Assembly: GCA_007125735.1 (NCBI GenBank)
Contig: SLCP01000013.1
Span: 1-56,975 of the forward strand
Source: Coriobacteriia bacterium
GTDB taxonomy: Bacteria; Actinomycetota; Coriobacteriia; Anaerosomatales; SLCP01
DNA: 56,975 nucleotides
Reading direction: 5' to 3'
Both the position numbers and the translations under genes were made by a program. Of this stretch, positions 8,680 to 16,926 are shown piece by piece (within the stretch, counting starts at the first letter, position 1; the number at the start of each line of letters is the position of its first letter). The notes under the pieces were generated by a model. That model was not told the origin of the DNA. It did not search any database and worked only from the letters and a program-made list of their open reading frames with translations.

Positions 8680-9803
8680 GCTCCGATCTGCTGCACACGC
8701 CGCTCTACGAGGAGCATCTCGCTCTCGGCGCCCGCATGGTGCCGTTCGCCGGGTATGCGATGCCGGTGCAGTATGGCGGCATCATCGAGGAGCATGCGGC
8801 GGTGCGTTCCTCGGCTGGAGTGTTCGACGTGTGCCACATGGCGCAGATCAGGGTGTTCGGATTCGGCGCCAGGGAGTTCTTGCAGGGAGTGCTCACGAAC
8901 GACATCGACCGCATCTCAGAGGTCGGGGCGGCGCAGTACACGCTGCTGTGCGACGAGGACGGGGGCATCATCGACGATCTCATCGTCTACCACACGGGCG
9001 ATCTCGAGTACATGATCGTCGCCAACGCCGCGAACCGCTCGACCGATCTGGAGTGGCTCCTCGAGCGCCGTGCGGCGGTCACCGTGACCGACGGTACCCC
9101 CGCCACCGAGCTGATCGAGATCGTCGACGAGAGCGACCGGACCGGCCTCATCGCCGTGCAGGGCCCCAAGGCCCTCGCGGTCATCGCCGAGCTTGCGGGC
9201 GAGGGGTTCGAGCCACCAGCGCGTTTCCACCTCGCGGAGGCGTTGCTCGATCGCATCCCGGTCCTGCTTGCGCGGACCGGCTACACCGGCGAGGACGGAG
9301 TGGAGATCGTGTGTCACGCCTCACACGCAGCGGCGATCTGGCGCGCCCTGCTGTCGTTTCCTGAGATCACACCGTGCGGGCTTGGCGCCCGGGACGTCCT
9401 GCGCCTCGAGATGGGATACCACCTCTATGGGAGCGACATGGACCGCGGCGTCGACCCGATCTCTGCCGGCCTCGGGTGGGTCGTGGCGATGGACAAGGGC
9501 CACTTCGTGGGGCGAGACGCGATCGAGCGGGTGCGCATCCGCGGGGCCGACCGGCGGCTCGCCGGACTCGTTGTGTCCGACGGCATGGCACGGCCCGGAT
9601 ATCCCGTATTGCACGGCGGTTCCGAGGTGGGTAAGGTGGCATCCGGCACGTACTCACCCGTGCTCGCAACGGGTATAGCTACCGCATACCTTCCAGCGGA
9701 GCTGGCACAGCCCGGCACCGAGGTCGAGGTCGAGGTTCGCCGACGGAAGGTGCGGGCCGAGGTGGTCCGTCCGCCGTTCGTGGAGCGCACGTCGCTTTCG
9801 TAG
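8676..9803 (+). CDS. gcvT: glycine cleavage system aminomethyltransferase (T protein)
   Basis: [33 protein letters not shown]...[14 protein letters not shown]. ATG 8676 overlaps the carboxypeptidase stop TGA 8677-8679 (ATGA). The ORF is open from 8637. Confidence 0.9.
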   Translation: [375 protein letters not shown]

Positions 9804-9830
9804 GGGCACGTCGAGAGGAGAACGCAGACC

Positions 9831-10214
9831 ATGTATCCGAGCGAACTGAAGTACGACAGGGAGCATGAGTGGGTCCGTGTCGAGGGCGACGAGGCCGTCA
9901 TCGGCATCTCGCACTTCGCGCAAGACCAGCTCGGCGAGGTGGTCTACGTCGACCTTCCGTCAGCGGGCGATAGCGTTGCCGCCGGTGAGACGTTCGGCGA
10001 GATCGAGTCGGTCAAGTCGGTCTCCGAGCTCTATTCACCGATCAACGGTGAGGTCGTGGCCGTCAACGATGCGCTCTCGGACACCCCGGAGACGGTGAAC
10101 GAGGACCCGTACGGCGAAGGCTGGATGATCCGCGTGAAGATGGCCGATCCGTCGCAAGTCGACGACATGATCTCTGCCGAGGAGTACGAGGCGTTCGTCA
10201 ACGAGGAAGCGTAA
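9831..10214 (+). CDS. gcvH: glycine cleavage system H protein (lipoyl carrier)
   Basis: 127 aa, YDREHEWVRVEGDEAVIGISHFAQDQLGEVVYVDLP...GEIESVKSVSELYSPINGEV. The lipoyl-lysine is in the ESVKS motif. Confidence 0.95.
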   Translation: MYPSELKYDREHEWVRVEGDEAVIGISHFAQDQLGEVVYVDLPSAGDSVAAGETFGEIESVKSVSELYSPINGEVVAVNDALSDTPETVNEDPYGEGWMIRVKMADPSQVDDMISAEEYEAFVNEEA

Positions 10215-10222
10215 CTCGCCGT

Positions 10223-11611
10223 ATGCGACACGTACCGGTGACCTGCGAGCAGCGCGAGGCGATGCTGCGCGGGCTCGGTGTCTCCTCGGCAGACGAGCTC
10301 TTCGCCGACGTTCCTCCTGCAGCGCGTCTCGGTAGGCCGCTCGATCTGCCTGGGCCGATGAGCGAGATCGAACTTGCGGCGCACCTCCAGACGCTCGCGC
10401 GTCGCAACGCTCCCGCGACGGCATGCGTGAGCTTCGCGGGGGGAGGGGTCTACGACCACTACGTGCCGAGCGTCGTGGACCACGTGCTCCGGCGCCCGGA
10501 GTTCTTCACCGCCTACACCCCGTACCAGCCCGAGGTCTCGCAGGGGACCCTGCAGGCCATCTTCGAGTACCAGACGATGATCTGCGAGCTTACGGGGATG
10601 GACGTCGCGAATGCGAGCATGTACGACGGTGCCACTGCGCTCGTCGAGGCTGCGCTCATGGCGTGCCGCGTGACGCGGCGTTCCCGCGTCGTGTGCGCGC
10701 CGACTATGCACCCTGAGTGGCAGCGCACCCTTGCAACGTACGCCGCGGCCGGCGACAGAGAGGTCGACTACTCGCTCGCGGTGGACGCGACGGCCGGCGT
10801 GTGCGATCCGCACGACGAGGGGGCGGGTATCGAGCGGCTGTGCGAGGGTGGCGACGTAGCCGCTGTGCTCGTGCAGTCGCCCAACTTCTTCGGTGGCATC
10901 GAAGACGTGCGCGAAATGGCCCGCCTCGCTCACGAGGCCGGTGCCCTGCTCGTGGTCGCGGTCAACCCCGTGCTGCTCGGCGTCCTCGAACCGCCGGGTG
11001 CCCTCGGCGCCGACATCGTGGTGGGCGAGGGGCAGTGTCTCGGCAACGCGATGTCACTCGGCGGGCCGGGCCTCGGGATCTTCGCGTGTCGCCAGCCGCA
11101 CGTCAGGCAGATGCCCGGGCGCCTCGTGGGACGGACCGTCGATGTCGACGACCGCACGGCGTACGTGCTGACGCTCTCGACCCGCGAACAACACATCCGC
11201 CGCGAGAAGGCCACGAGCAACATCTGCAGCAATCACGCGCTCAACGCGCTCGCCGCCGGCGCGTACCTCGCGGCCGTGGGCACCGAGGGGCTCGCCGGTA
11301 TCGGGCGCGCATGTATCGCCAAGGCTCACTATCTGCGAGATCGGCTTCTCGCCACCGGCGCGTTCGAGGCGCCGTGGGACGGCCCCTTCGCACACGAGTT
11401 CGCCCTCAGGTACCGCGGCGACGTGTCGCGGATGCACACTGCGATGCTCGAACGCGGCTACCTTGCCGGCGTCGAGGTCGCGCGGTTCTCCGCCGAGTGG
11501 CCGTCGGGCGGTCCGCCCGTCTCGGACGAGGGACTCGTGCTCTTCGCGGTGACCGAGAAGCGGACGCGGACCGAGCTGGATGCGTTTGCAGATGAGGTGG
11601 GGTCGCTGTGA
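10223..11611 (+). CDS. gcvPA: glycine dehydrogenase (aminomethyl-transferring) subunit 1
   Basis: 462 aa, FTAYTPYQPEVSQGTLQAIFEYQTMICELTGMDVANASMYDGATA. Confidence 0.9.
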   Translation: MRHVPVTCEQREAMLRGLGVSSADELFADVPPAARLGRPLDLPGPMSEIELAAHLQTLARRNAPATACVSFAGGGVYDHYVPSVVDHVLRRPEFFTAYTPYQPEVSQGTLQAIFEYQTMICELTGMDVANASMYDGATALVEAALMACRVTRRSRVVCAPTMHPEWQRTLATYAAAGDREVDYSLAVDATAGVCDPHDEGAGIERLCEGGDVAAVLVQSPNFFGGIEDVREMARLAHEAGALLVVAVNPVLLGVLEPPGALGADIVVGEGQCLGNAMSLGGPGLGIFACRQPHVRQMPGRLVGRTVDVDDRTAYVLTLSTREQHIRREKATSNICSNHALNALAAGAYLAAVGTEGLAGIGRACIAKAHYLRDRLLATGAFEAPWDGPFAHEFALRYRGDVSRMHTAMLERGYLAGVEVARFSAEWPSGGPPVSDEGLVLFAVTEKRTRTELDAFADEVGSL

Positions 11612-13107
11612 CGCGTGAATCGCAGCCCGGACCTTCGCGGGCCTCGAGCGCAGCACCGCGGGCGACGATCTTCGAAGTCGGGGCTCCCGAGTCCGCATGC
11701 GTGCTCGCGCCCGCGCTCGACGTGCCTGATGTCGATGTCGAGTCGGCGCTACCAGGGCTCGCGCGCTCTGCGCCTCCGCGGCTCCCACACGTGGCCGAGG
11801 TCGAGATCATGCGCCACTACGGGCATCTTGCCGACATGAACTTCGGTGTGGACTCAGGCCCGTATCCACTCGGCAGCTGCACGATGAAGTACAACCCGCG
11901 GATCAACGAGGACGCGGCGCGTCTCGACGGGTTCGCCGGGCTGCACCCGTACCAGCCTCTCGAAACGGTCCAGGGCGCGCTCGAGCTCATGGTGGGCCTC
12001 CAAGAAGCGCTCGGCGAGGTGGCAGGGCTTCCGGCGGTCACCCTGCAACCGGCCGCCGGCGCACATGGCGAGCTCACTGCGCTCATGTGTTTCAAGGCCG
12101 CCCACACCGCAGCGGGCGACCCGCGCACCAAGGTCGTGATCCCCGACACCGCTCACGGAACCAATCCGGCGACGGTTTCGATGTGCGGCTACGAGACGGT
12201 GACCGTGCCGAGCGACGAACGCGGTCTGGTCGACATGCGTGCGCTGCGCGAGGTGCTCGACACCGACGTGGCGGCACTCATGCTCACAAACCCCAACACC
12301 CTCGGCTTGTTCGAGACCGACATTCTCGCCATCACCGAGGCGGTCCACGCGATCGGCGCGTACGCGTACTGTGACGGGGCGAACCTGAACGCCATCATGG
12401 GCGTGACGCGCCCGGGCGACCAGGGCTTCGATGCGCTCCACATCAACGTGCACAAGACGTTCTCCACGCCGCACGGCGGGGGAGGGCCGGGCGGGGGCCC
12501 GGTCTGCGTCACGGAGGACCTCGCCCGCTATCTCCCGGGGCCGCTGCCGACGCGGCTCGATGACGGCTCGTTCGCGCTCCACACTCCCGATGCGTCGATC
12601 GGACGGGTTCGCTCGTACCTCGGCAACTTCGGGGTCCTCGTGCGTGCATACGCCTACGTGCGTGCGCTCGGTGCGCAGGGGCTTCTCGAGGTGAGCGAGC
12701 AGGCGGTCCTCTCGGCGAACTACTTGCGTGTGTTGTTGCGCGGGGTGTTCGACATACCTTACGACCGGACGTGCATGCACGAGTTCGTCATGTCGAGCGC
12801 GACGCTCAAGCGCGAGCACGGGGTGCGCACCTTAGACGTCGCGAAACGGCTGCTCGACTACGGATTCCACCCGCCCACCGTCTACTTCCCGCTCATCGTC
12901 GACGAAGCGCTCATGCTCGAGCCGACCGAGACCGAGTCCCTCGAGTCACTCGACTCGCTTGGCGCGGCTCTGCGCTCTATCGCCGAGGAGGCCGGCAGCG
13001 ATCCGGATCTCGTGCGGGGCGCGCCCTACACGACGCCGGTCAGGCGTCTCGATGAGGCGCGAGCAGCCCGCGAGCCGGTCGTGCGCTGGTCGCCGCAGGG
13101 CGAATGA
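11608..13107 (+). CDS. gcvPB: glycine dehydrogenase (aminomethyl-transferring) subunit 2
   Basis: GTGA overlap with gcvPA. YPLGSCTMKYNPRINE...LHINVHKTFSTPHGGGGPG (PLP-lysine region). Confidence 0.9.
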   Translation: MTRESQPGPSRASSAAPRATIFEVGAPESACVLAPALDVPDVDVESALPGLARSAPPRLPHVAEVEIMRHYGHLADMNFGVDSGPYPLGSCTMKYNPRINEDAARLDGFAGLHPYQPLETVQGALELMVGLQEALGEVAGLPAVTLQPAAGAHGELTALMCFKAAHTAAGDPRTKVVIPDTAHGTNPATVSMCGYETVTVPSDERGLVDMRALREVLDTDVAALMLTNPNTLGLFETDILAITEAVHAIGAYAYCDGANLNAIMGVTRPGDQGFDALHINVHKTFSTPHGGGGPGGGPVCVTEDLARYLPGPLPTRLDDGSFALHTPDASIGRVRSYLGNFGVLVRAYAYVRALGAQGLLEVSEQAVLSANYLRVLLRGVFDIPYDRTCMHEFVMSSATLKREHGVRTLDVAKRLLDYGFHPPTVYFPLIVDEALMLEPTETESLESLDSLGAALRSIAEEAGSDPDLVRGAPYTTPVRRLDEARAAREPVVRWSPQGE

Positions 13108-13895
13108 GTCGAGCGCCAGTGTTCGCCGACGTCTGGCGCCTGGTTGTCGAACCTCCGGCCGACGGTGCGTGGAACATGGCGGTCGACCGCGCCATCCAGC
13201 TCGCTCGCGAAGCCGATCGTGTCCCGCCCACGCTCCGACTCTACCGCTGGCACACCCCCACCGTGACGCTTGGGGCATTCCAGCAGGTCGTCGCGGTCGA
13301 CGGGGATGCTTGTCGAGAGTGGGGGGTCGATGTCGTGCGCAGGCACACCGGCGGGCGAGGGGTGCTCCACGACGATGAGGTCACGTACGCCGTGATCGCG
13401 GGCGTCGGTGACGGGGTTCCCCGCGGCGTGGTGGCGAGCTACCGCTACTTGTGCGCAGGCCTCGTCGAGGCGTTCAGCGAGATCGGGATCGCAGCCGAGA
13501 TCACGCAGCGTGATCGCGGAGCATCCACCTCCGGGGCGTGCTACCTGCAGACGACACGTGCGGACCTCTCGGCGGGAGCCCTGAAGCTCTCCGGCAGCGC
13601 TCAGGTGTGGTCGGGATCGACCGTGCTGCAGCACGGATCGTTCACCAGGACGCGAGATGTGGACCGCGAGGCCGCGGTATTCGGTTTGTCGGCGCACGAG
13701 CGTGAGACTCTTGCGTCGAGGACCGCAACGATAGCGCCGCTCGTAGGCGCGGACGTCACCCTCAACTCCATCGCCGAGGCGGTCGCGGCCGGGATGGCGC
13801 GGGGACTCAAGGTACGGCTGGAACCCGGCACATTGACGGCCGAGGAGCTGGAGGCGGCCGAGCGTGGTGCCGATGCGCTGAGGGTCGATGTGTGA
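13104..13895 (+). CDS. lipoate-protein ligase / octanoyltransferase family protein (BPL/LPL catalytic domain only; LplA/LipM-like)
   Basis: ATGA overlap with gcvPB. LRLYRWHTPTVTLGAFQ...RRHTGGRGVLHDDEVTYAV...ALKLSGSAQ (catalytic Lys context). 263 aa with no LplA C-terminal domain. Confidence 0.7.
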   Translation: MSRAPVFADVWRLVVEPPADGAWNMAVDRAIQLAREADRVPPTLRLYRWHTPTVTLGAFQQVVAVDGDACREWGVDVVRRHTGGRGVLHDDEVTYAVIAGVGDGVPRGVVASYRYLCAGLVEAFSEIGIAAEITQRDRGASTSGACYLQTTRADLSAGALKLSGSAQVWSGSTVLQHGSFTRTRDVDREAAVFGLSAHERETLASRTATIAPLVGADVTLNSIAEAVAAGMARGLKVRLEPGTLTAEELEAAERGADALRVDV

Positions 13896-13973
13896 GCATT
13901 GGCGTGACGCCATGGCCTGAGTGTCACTGCCTCGGGGTACAGTACAGGTAGAGGTCCCGACGATACCGGGGTC

Positions 13974-13982
13974 TGGTACAAT
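13974..13982 (+). promoter_or_regulatory. candidate extended -10 promoter element TGGTACAAT
   Basis: TGn-TACAAT lies 50 nt upstream of GTG 14032 in a 136-nt gap. No convincing -35. Confidence 0.35.
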
Positions 13983-14031
13983 CTCTAGGCCAGAGGCACC
14001 AGGAGGCTCCTATGGATAGGGGGGCGTTACG

Positions 14032-14334
14032 GTGAGTGAAAAATACGACGACGTGCTGCTCGACCTCGAGAGCAAGTCCAACGAGGGGCTGCGCGAGATA
14101 TTGAACAGCCTGTACGAGGAGGAGCAGCGCATCTCGTACCGCCGCCGGGTGCTGCACGGCAAGATCGACATCCTGCGAGCAGAACTCGTCAGGCGCCTGA
14201 AGGCGCAGCGCGAGGCTGGAGAGGACGTGATCTCGGGCAGGGACGTCGAGCGCCTCATCGACATACTCGCTAGCGATCTGAGGGGTGTCTCGAACGTCGA
14301 TGTCGCAGCAGAGGACGATGCCGACGAGGAGTAG
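14032..14334 (+). CDS. small all-helical protein with an RsiG-like candidate c-di-GMP-binding motif (E-x3-S-x2-R-x3-H-x3-D)
   Basis: 100 aa, GTG start with GGGGGG SD. Residues 31-46 are EQRISYRRRVLHGKID. Predicted coiled coil followed by an acidic tail. Confidence 0.5.
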   Translation: MSEKYDDVLLDLESKSNEGLREILNSLYEEEQRISYRRRVLHGKIDILRAELVRRLKAQREAGEDVISGRDVERLIDILASDLRGVSNVDVAAEDDADEE

Positions 14335-14359
14335 CCTCGCCGGATGATGAGGAGGATTC

Positions 14360-14614
14360 GTGCCTACTATCTCAGAGAAGCTCCAGCAGTTCATGGACGA
14401 TATCGCGAGTGACGCGATCGAGGAGCGGGTCGTCGAGTACGTGATACGCGAGGTGCAGAACGGTCGTCCGCTCAAGGTCGTGCTCACCGACCCATACGTG
14501 AAGAACCGCCTAAGCGATGAGAAGCTGGCCAAGGTGCTCGAGACCCCAGAAGTGGTGGCCGCTCTCGAGGAGCAGATCACGGCGTCGTTCAAGCGCAGGG
14601 AACTCGATTTCTAG
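14360..14614 (+). CDS. hypothetical small acidic helical protein (84 aa)
   Basis: GTG start with GAGGAGGA SD 5 nt upstream, 25 nt after the previous stop. Normal, non-shadow composition with K, I, V and E. No family recognised. Confidence 0.55.
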   Translation: MPTISEKLQQFMDDIASDAIEERVVEYVIREVQNGRPLKVVLTDPYVKNRLSDEKLAKVLETPEVVAALEEQITASFKRRELDF

Positions 14615-14659
14615 AGGCACCCGCGATAGACCAGCGTGTCCCCGGAAGGGAAACAGACG

Positions 14660-15115
14660 ATGACCACGTGTCCGGCGTGCGGCGACCAGATTGAAGAACC
14701 GGTTCCCCCCGAGTGCCCACGGTGCCACACACGACTTCAGGGCGCGACGCACTCCTTCGAGCCTGTTGGAGCGGCACACGAGCCCGGCGTGTCGATCGCA
14801 AGTGAGCATGTCACCGAGGGGCCCGCGCTCGTCGTTCGCAAGGGCGCCGAGACCGGCGAGCGATTCGTCATCGACCGCGAGCGGCTTACCATCGGACGCG
14901 ATCCGGACAGCGACATCTTCCTGAACGACGTGACCGTATCTCGTTCGCATGCGGTGATCGAGGCCGCAGGACAGGTCGTGTCTATTGAAGACGTCGGCTC
15001 TCTCAACGGTACGTACGTCAACGGTGTGCGGGTCGACAAGGCTCCGCTGACCGATGGAGACATCTTGCAGGTAGGCATGTTCCAGATGGTCTACGTGCCC
15101 GGGTCGGGGCGGTGA
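14660..15115 (+). CDS. FHA domain protein with N-terminal zinc ribbon (GarA/OdhI-position homologue)
   Basis: CPACG...CPRCH zinc ribbon, then FHA core LTIGRDPDSDIFLNDVTVSRSHAVIE...IEDVGSLNGTYVNG. ATG 14660 with GGAAGGGA SD; the ORF is open from GTG 14636. Confidence 0.85.
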   Translation: MTTCPACGDQIEEPVPPECPRCHTRLQGATHSFEPVGAAHEPGVSIASEHVTEGPALVVRKGAETGERFVIDRERLTIGRDPDSDIFLNDVTVSRSHAVIEAAGQVVSIEDVGSLNGTYVNGVRVDKAPLTDGDILQVGMFQMVYVPGSGR

Positions 15116-15119
15116 AGCG

Positions 15120-15824
15120 GTGAAGGACCGCGAGTACATGACCATCGGCGAGGTAGTCGAGACCTTGTCGCCGGCCTATCCTGACCTTTCGATCTCCAAA
15201 GTCCGCTTCCTCGAGGAGGAGGGGCTGATCGCCCCTGAGAGGACTCCGGGTGGCTATCGCAAGTTCGGCCAAAAGGACCTTGCGCGCGTCGAGTCGATCC
15301 TGCGGCTGCAAAAGGAGCATTTCTTGCCTCTTGCGGTCATCAAGGAGAAGCTTGCTGACTTCGACCGTGGGAAGATCCCTGCTGAACTGAAAGACGCCTC
15401 ACCTGCGGCCGAGGCCGTCGCGCTGCCGTTCGCGGAAGCCGAGCCGATACCGGTCGCCGATGCGCCCTCGGCGCTCGGGATACCCGTGTCGTTCATCGAG
15501 GAGCTCGCAGAGTTCGCCCTCGTAGAGATAGCCGAGGGAGAGGACGGGGGAGAGATCGCCGCCGTCGACTGCAGCATCGCTCATGCTGCCTGGGACCTGC
15601 GGCGGTTCGGCATCGAGCCGAGACATCTCAGGATGTACGAGACGTTCGCGGAGCGCGAGGCGGCGTTCTTCTCTCAGGCACTGATGCCTGCGTTCCGCCA
15701 TCGCACGCCCGAGACACGTCAGAAGCTCGTCGAGACGCTCTCCGAGCTCACGAGTTCGACGAAGGACCTGAAGAACCATCTGTTGCGCCGGGCGCTGTCC
15801 CGGGTATTCGAGGACGTCGTGTAG
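15120..15824 (+). CDS. MerR family transcriptional regulator (Rv1828/FtsR-like)
   Basis: MTIGEVVETL...ISKVRFLEEEGLIAPERTPGGYRKFGQKDLARVESILRLQKEHFLPL, plus a long C-terminal helical domain. Start is GTG 15120 or ATG 15138. Confidence 0.85.
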   Translation: MKDREYMTIGEVVETLSPAYPDLSISKVRFLEEEGLIAPERTPGGYRKFGQKDLARVESILRLQKEHFLPLAVIKEKLADFDRGKIPAELKDASPAAEAVALPFAEAEPIPVADAPSALGIPVSFIEELAEFALVEIAEGEDGGEIAAVDCSIAHAAWDLRRFGIEPRHLRMYETFAEREAAFFSQALMPAFRHRTPETRQKLVETLSELTSSTKDLKNHLLRRALSRVFEDVV

Positions 15825-15831
15825 GGAGCGC

Positions 15832-16293
15832 ATGGCCGACGAGCTATCACACGGTCACCGAGCAGGACGGGCCGACACCGACCTGGATGCTATCGATTTC
15901 GCGCACCCCAGCGAGCGGGTCGCTGCCGAGATTCTCGAGTTCTACCAGATCGATTGGGAGTACGAGCCGACGACGTTTCCTATCGAGTGGGACCGTGACG
16001 GCAAGGTGATAGCGTCGTTCACGCCCGACTTCTACCTGCCCGATTTCGACCTCTACATCGAGCTCACCACGATGAGTCAGAAGCTCGTCACCAAGAAGAA
16101 CCGCAAGGTGAGACGGCTCAAAGAGCTCTACCCGGAGGTCAACATCAAGATCTTCTACCAGAAGGACTTCCGAAGACTCCTCCAACGGTTCGGGATAGCG
16201 GTCGCCGAACGCCCGCTCTCCGAGGGCGGCGGTCTTGCTGCCAGCGCCGATGACGACGTCACGGGCGAGGGCGACGGGAGCGAGAACCGGTGA
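15832..16293 (+). CDS. hypothetical protein, possible PD-(D/E)XK-fold (TnsA/Vsr-like topology) with E-x-T instead of E-x-K
   Basis: Core SERVAAEILEF..WEYEP...ASFTPDFYLPDFDLYIELTT...KKNRKVRRLK, flanked by disordered acidic termini. The call is by pattern only. Confidence 0.4.
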   Translation: MADELSHGHRAGRADTDLDAIDFAHPSERVAAEILEFYQIDWEYEPTTFPIEWDRDGKVIASFTPDFYLPDFDLYIELTTMSQKLVTKKNRKVRRLKELYPEVNIKIFYQKDFRRLLQRFGIAVAERPLSEGGGLAASADDDVTGEGDGSENR

Positions 16294-16835
16294 CTCGCTA
16301 CGCCGGAGACGATGTCATCGAGCGGGTCTTGTTGACGCAAGAGGTGATCGCCGAGCGTGTGGCCGAGCTTGGCCACGCGATCGCCACCGATCATGCGGGA
16401 CACGACCTTCGTCTCATCACCGTGCTTCGAGGTAGCGTCATCTTTCTGGCGGACCTCTGTCGAGCGGTCGAGACGCCGCTCACACTCGACTTCATGGCTG
16501 TTTCGTCCTTTGCGGGAGGCGGAGGCGGTTCGGTCCGCATCACGAAGGATCTCGACGATCCGATCGAGGGCGCTTCGGTGGTACTCGTCGAGGACATCAT
16601 CGACACCGGCTTGACCCTGAACTACGTCCTCTCGATCCTGCGGGCACGCAAGCCGGCGAGTCTCAGTGTCTGCACCCTGCTCGACAAGGACGTGCGGCGC
16701 ATCGTCGACCTGCCGATCGAGTATCGCGGCTTCTCGGTACCCGACCAGTTCTTGGTCGGGTACGGTCTCGACCTCGCGGGCAGGTTGCGCAACCTGCCCT
16801 ATGTCGCTACCGTTCGCGAAGACGAGGTCGCGTGA
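16290..16835 (+). CDS. hpt: hypoxanthine phosphoribosyltransferase
   Basis: GTGA overlap with the upstream gene. PRPP motif VVLVEDIIDTGLTLNYV, and C-terminal VPDQFLVGYGLDLAGRLRNLPYV. Confidence 0.9.
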   Translation: MTRYAGDDVIERVLLTQEVIAERVAELGHAIATDHAGHDLRLITVLRGSVIFLADLCRAVETPLTLDFMAVSSFAGGGGGSVRITKDLDDPIEGASVVLVEDIIDTGLTLNYVLSILRARKPASLSVCTLLDKDVRRIVDLPIEYRGFSVPDQFLVGYGLDLAGRLRNLPYVATVREDEVA

Positions 16836-16926
16836 GCGTGTCAGCGTGCATCGCATATGTAACCGTGTATGCGCCGCGTGGTATGCCGTATCCTTTGTTG
16901 TCGTACCTTCATCCTGGGAGGCCTAC

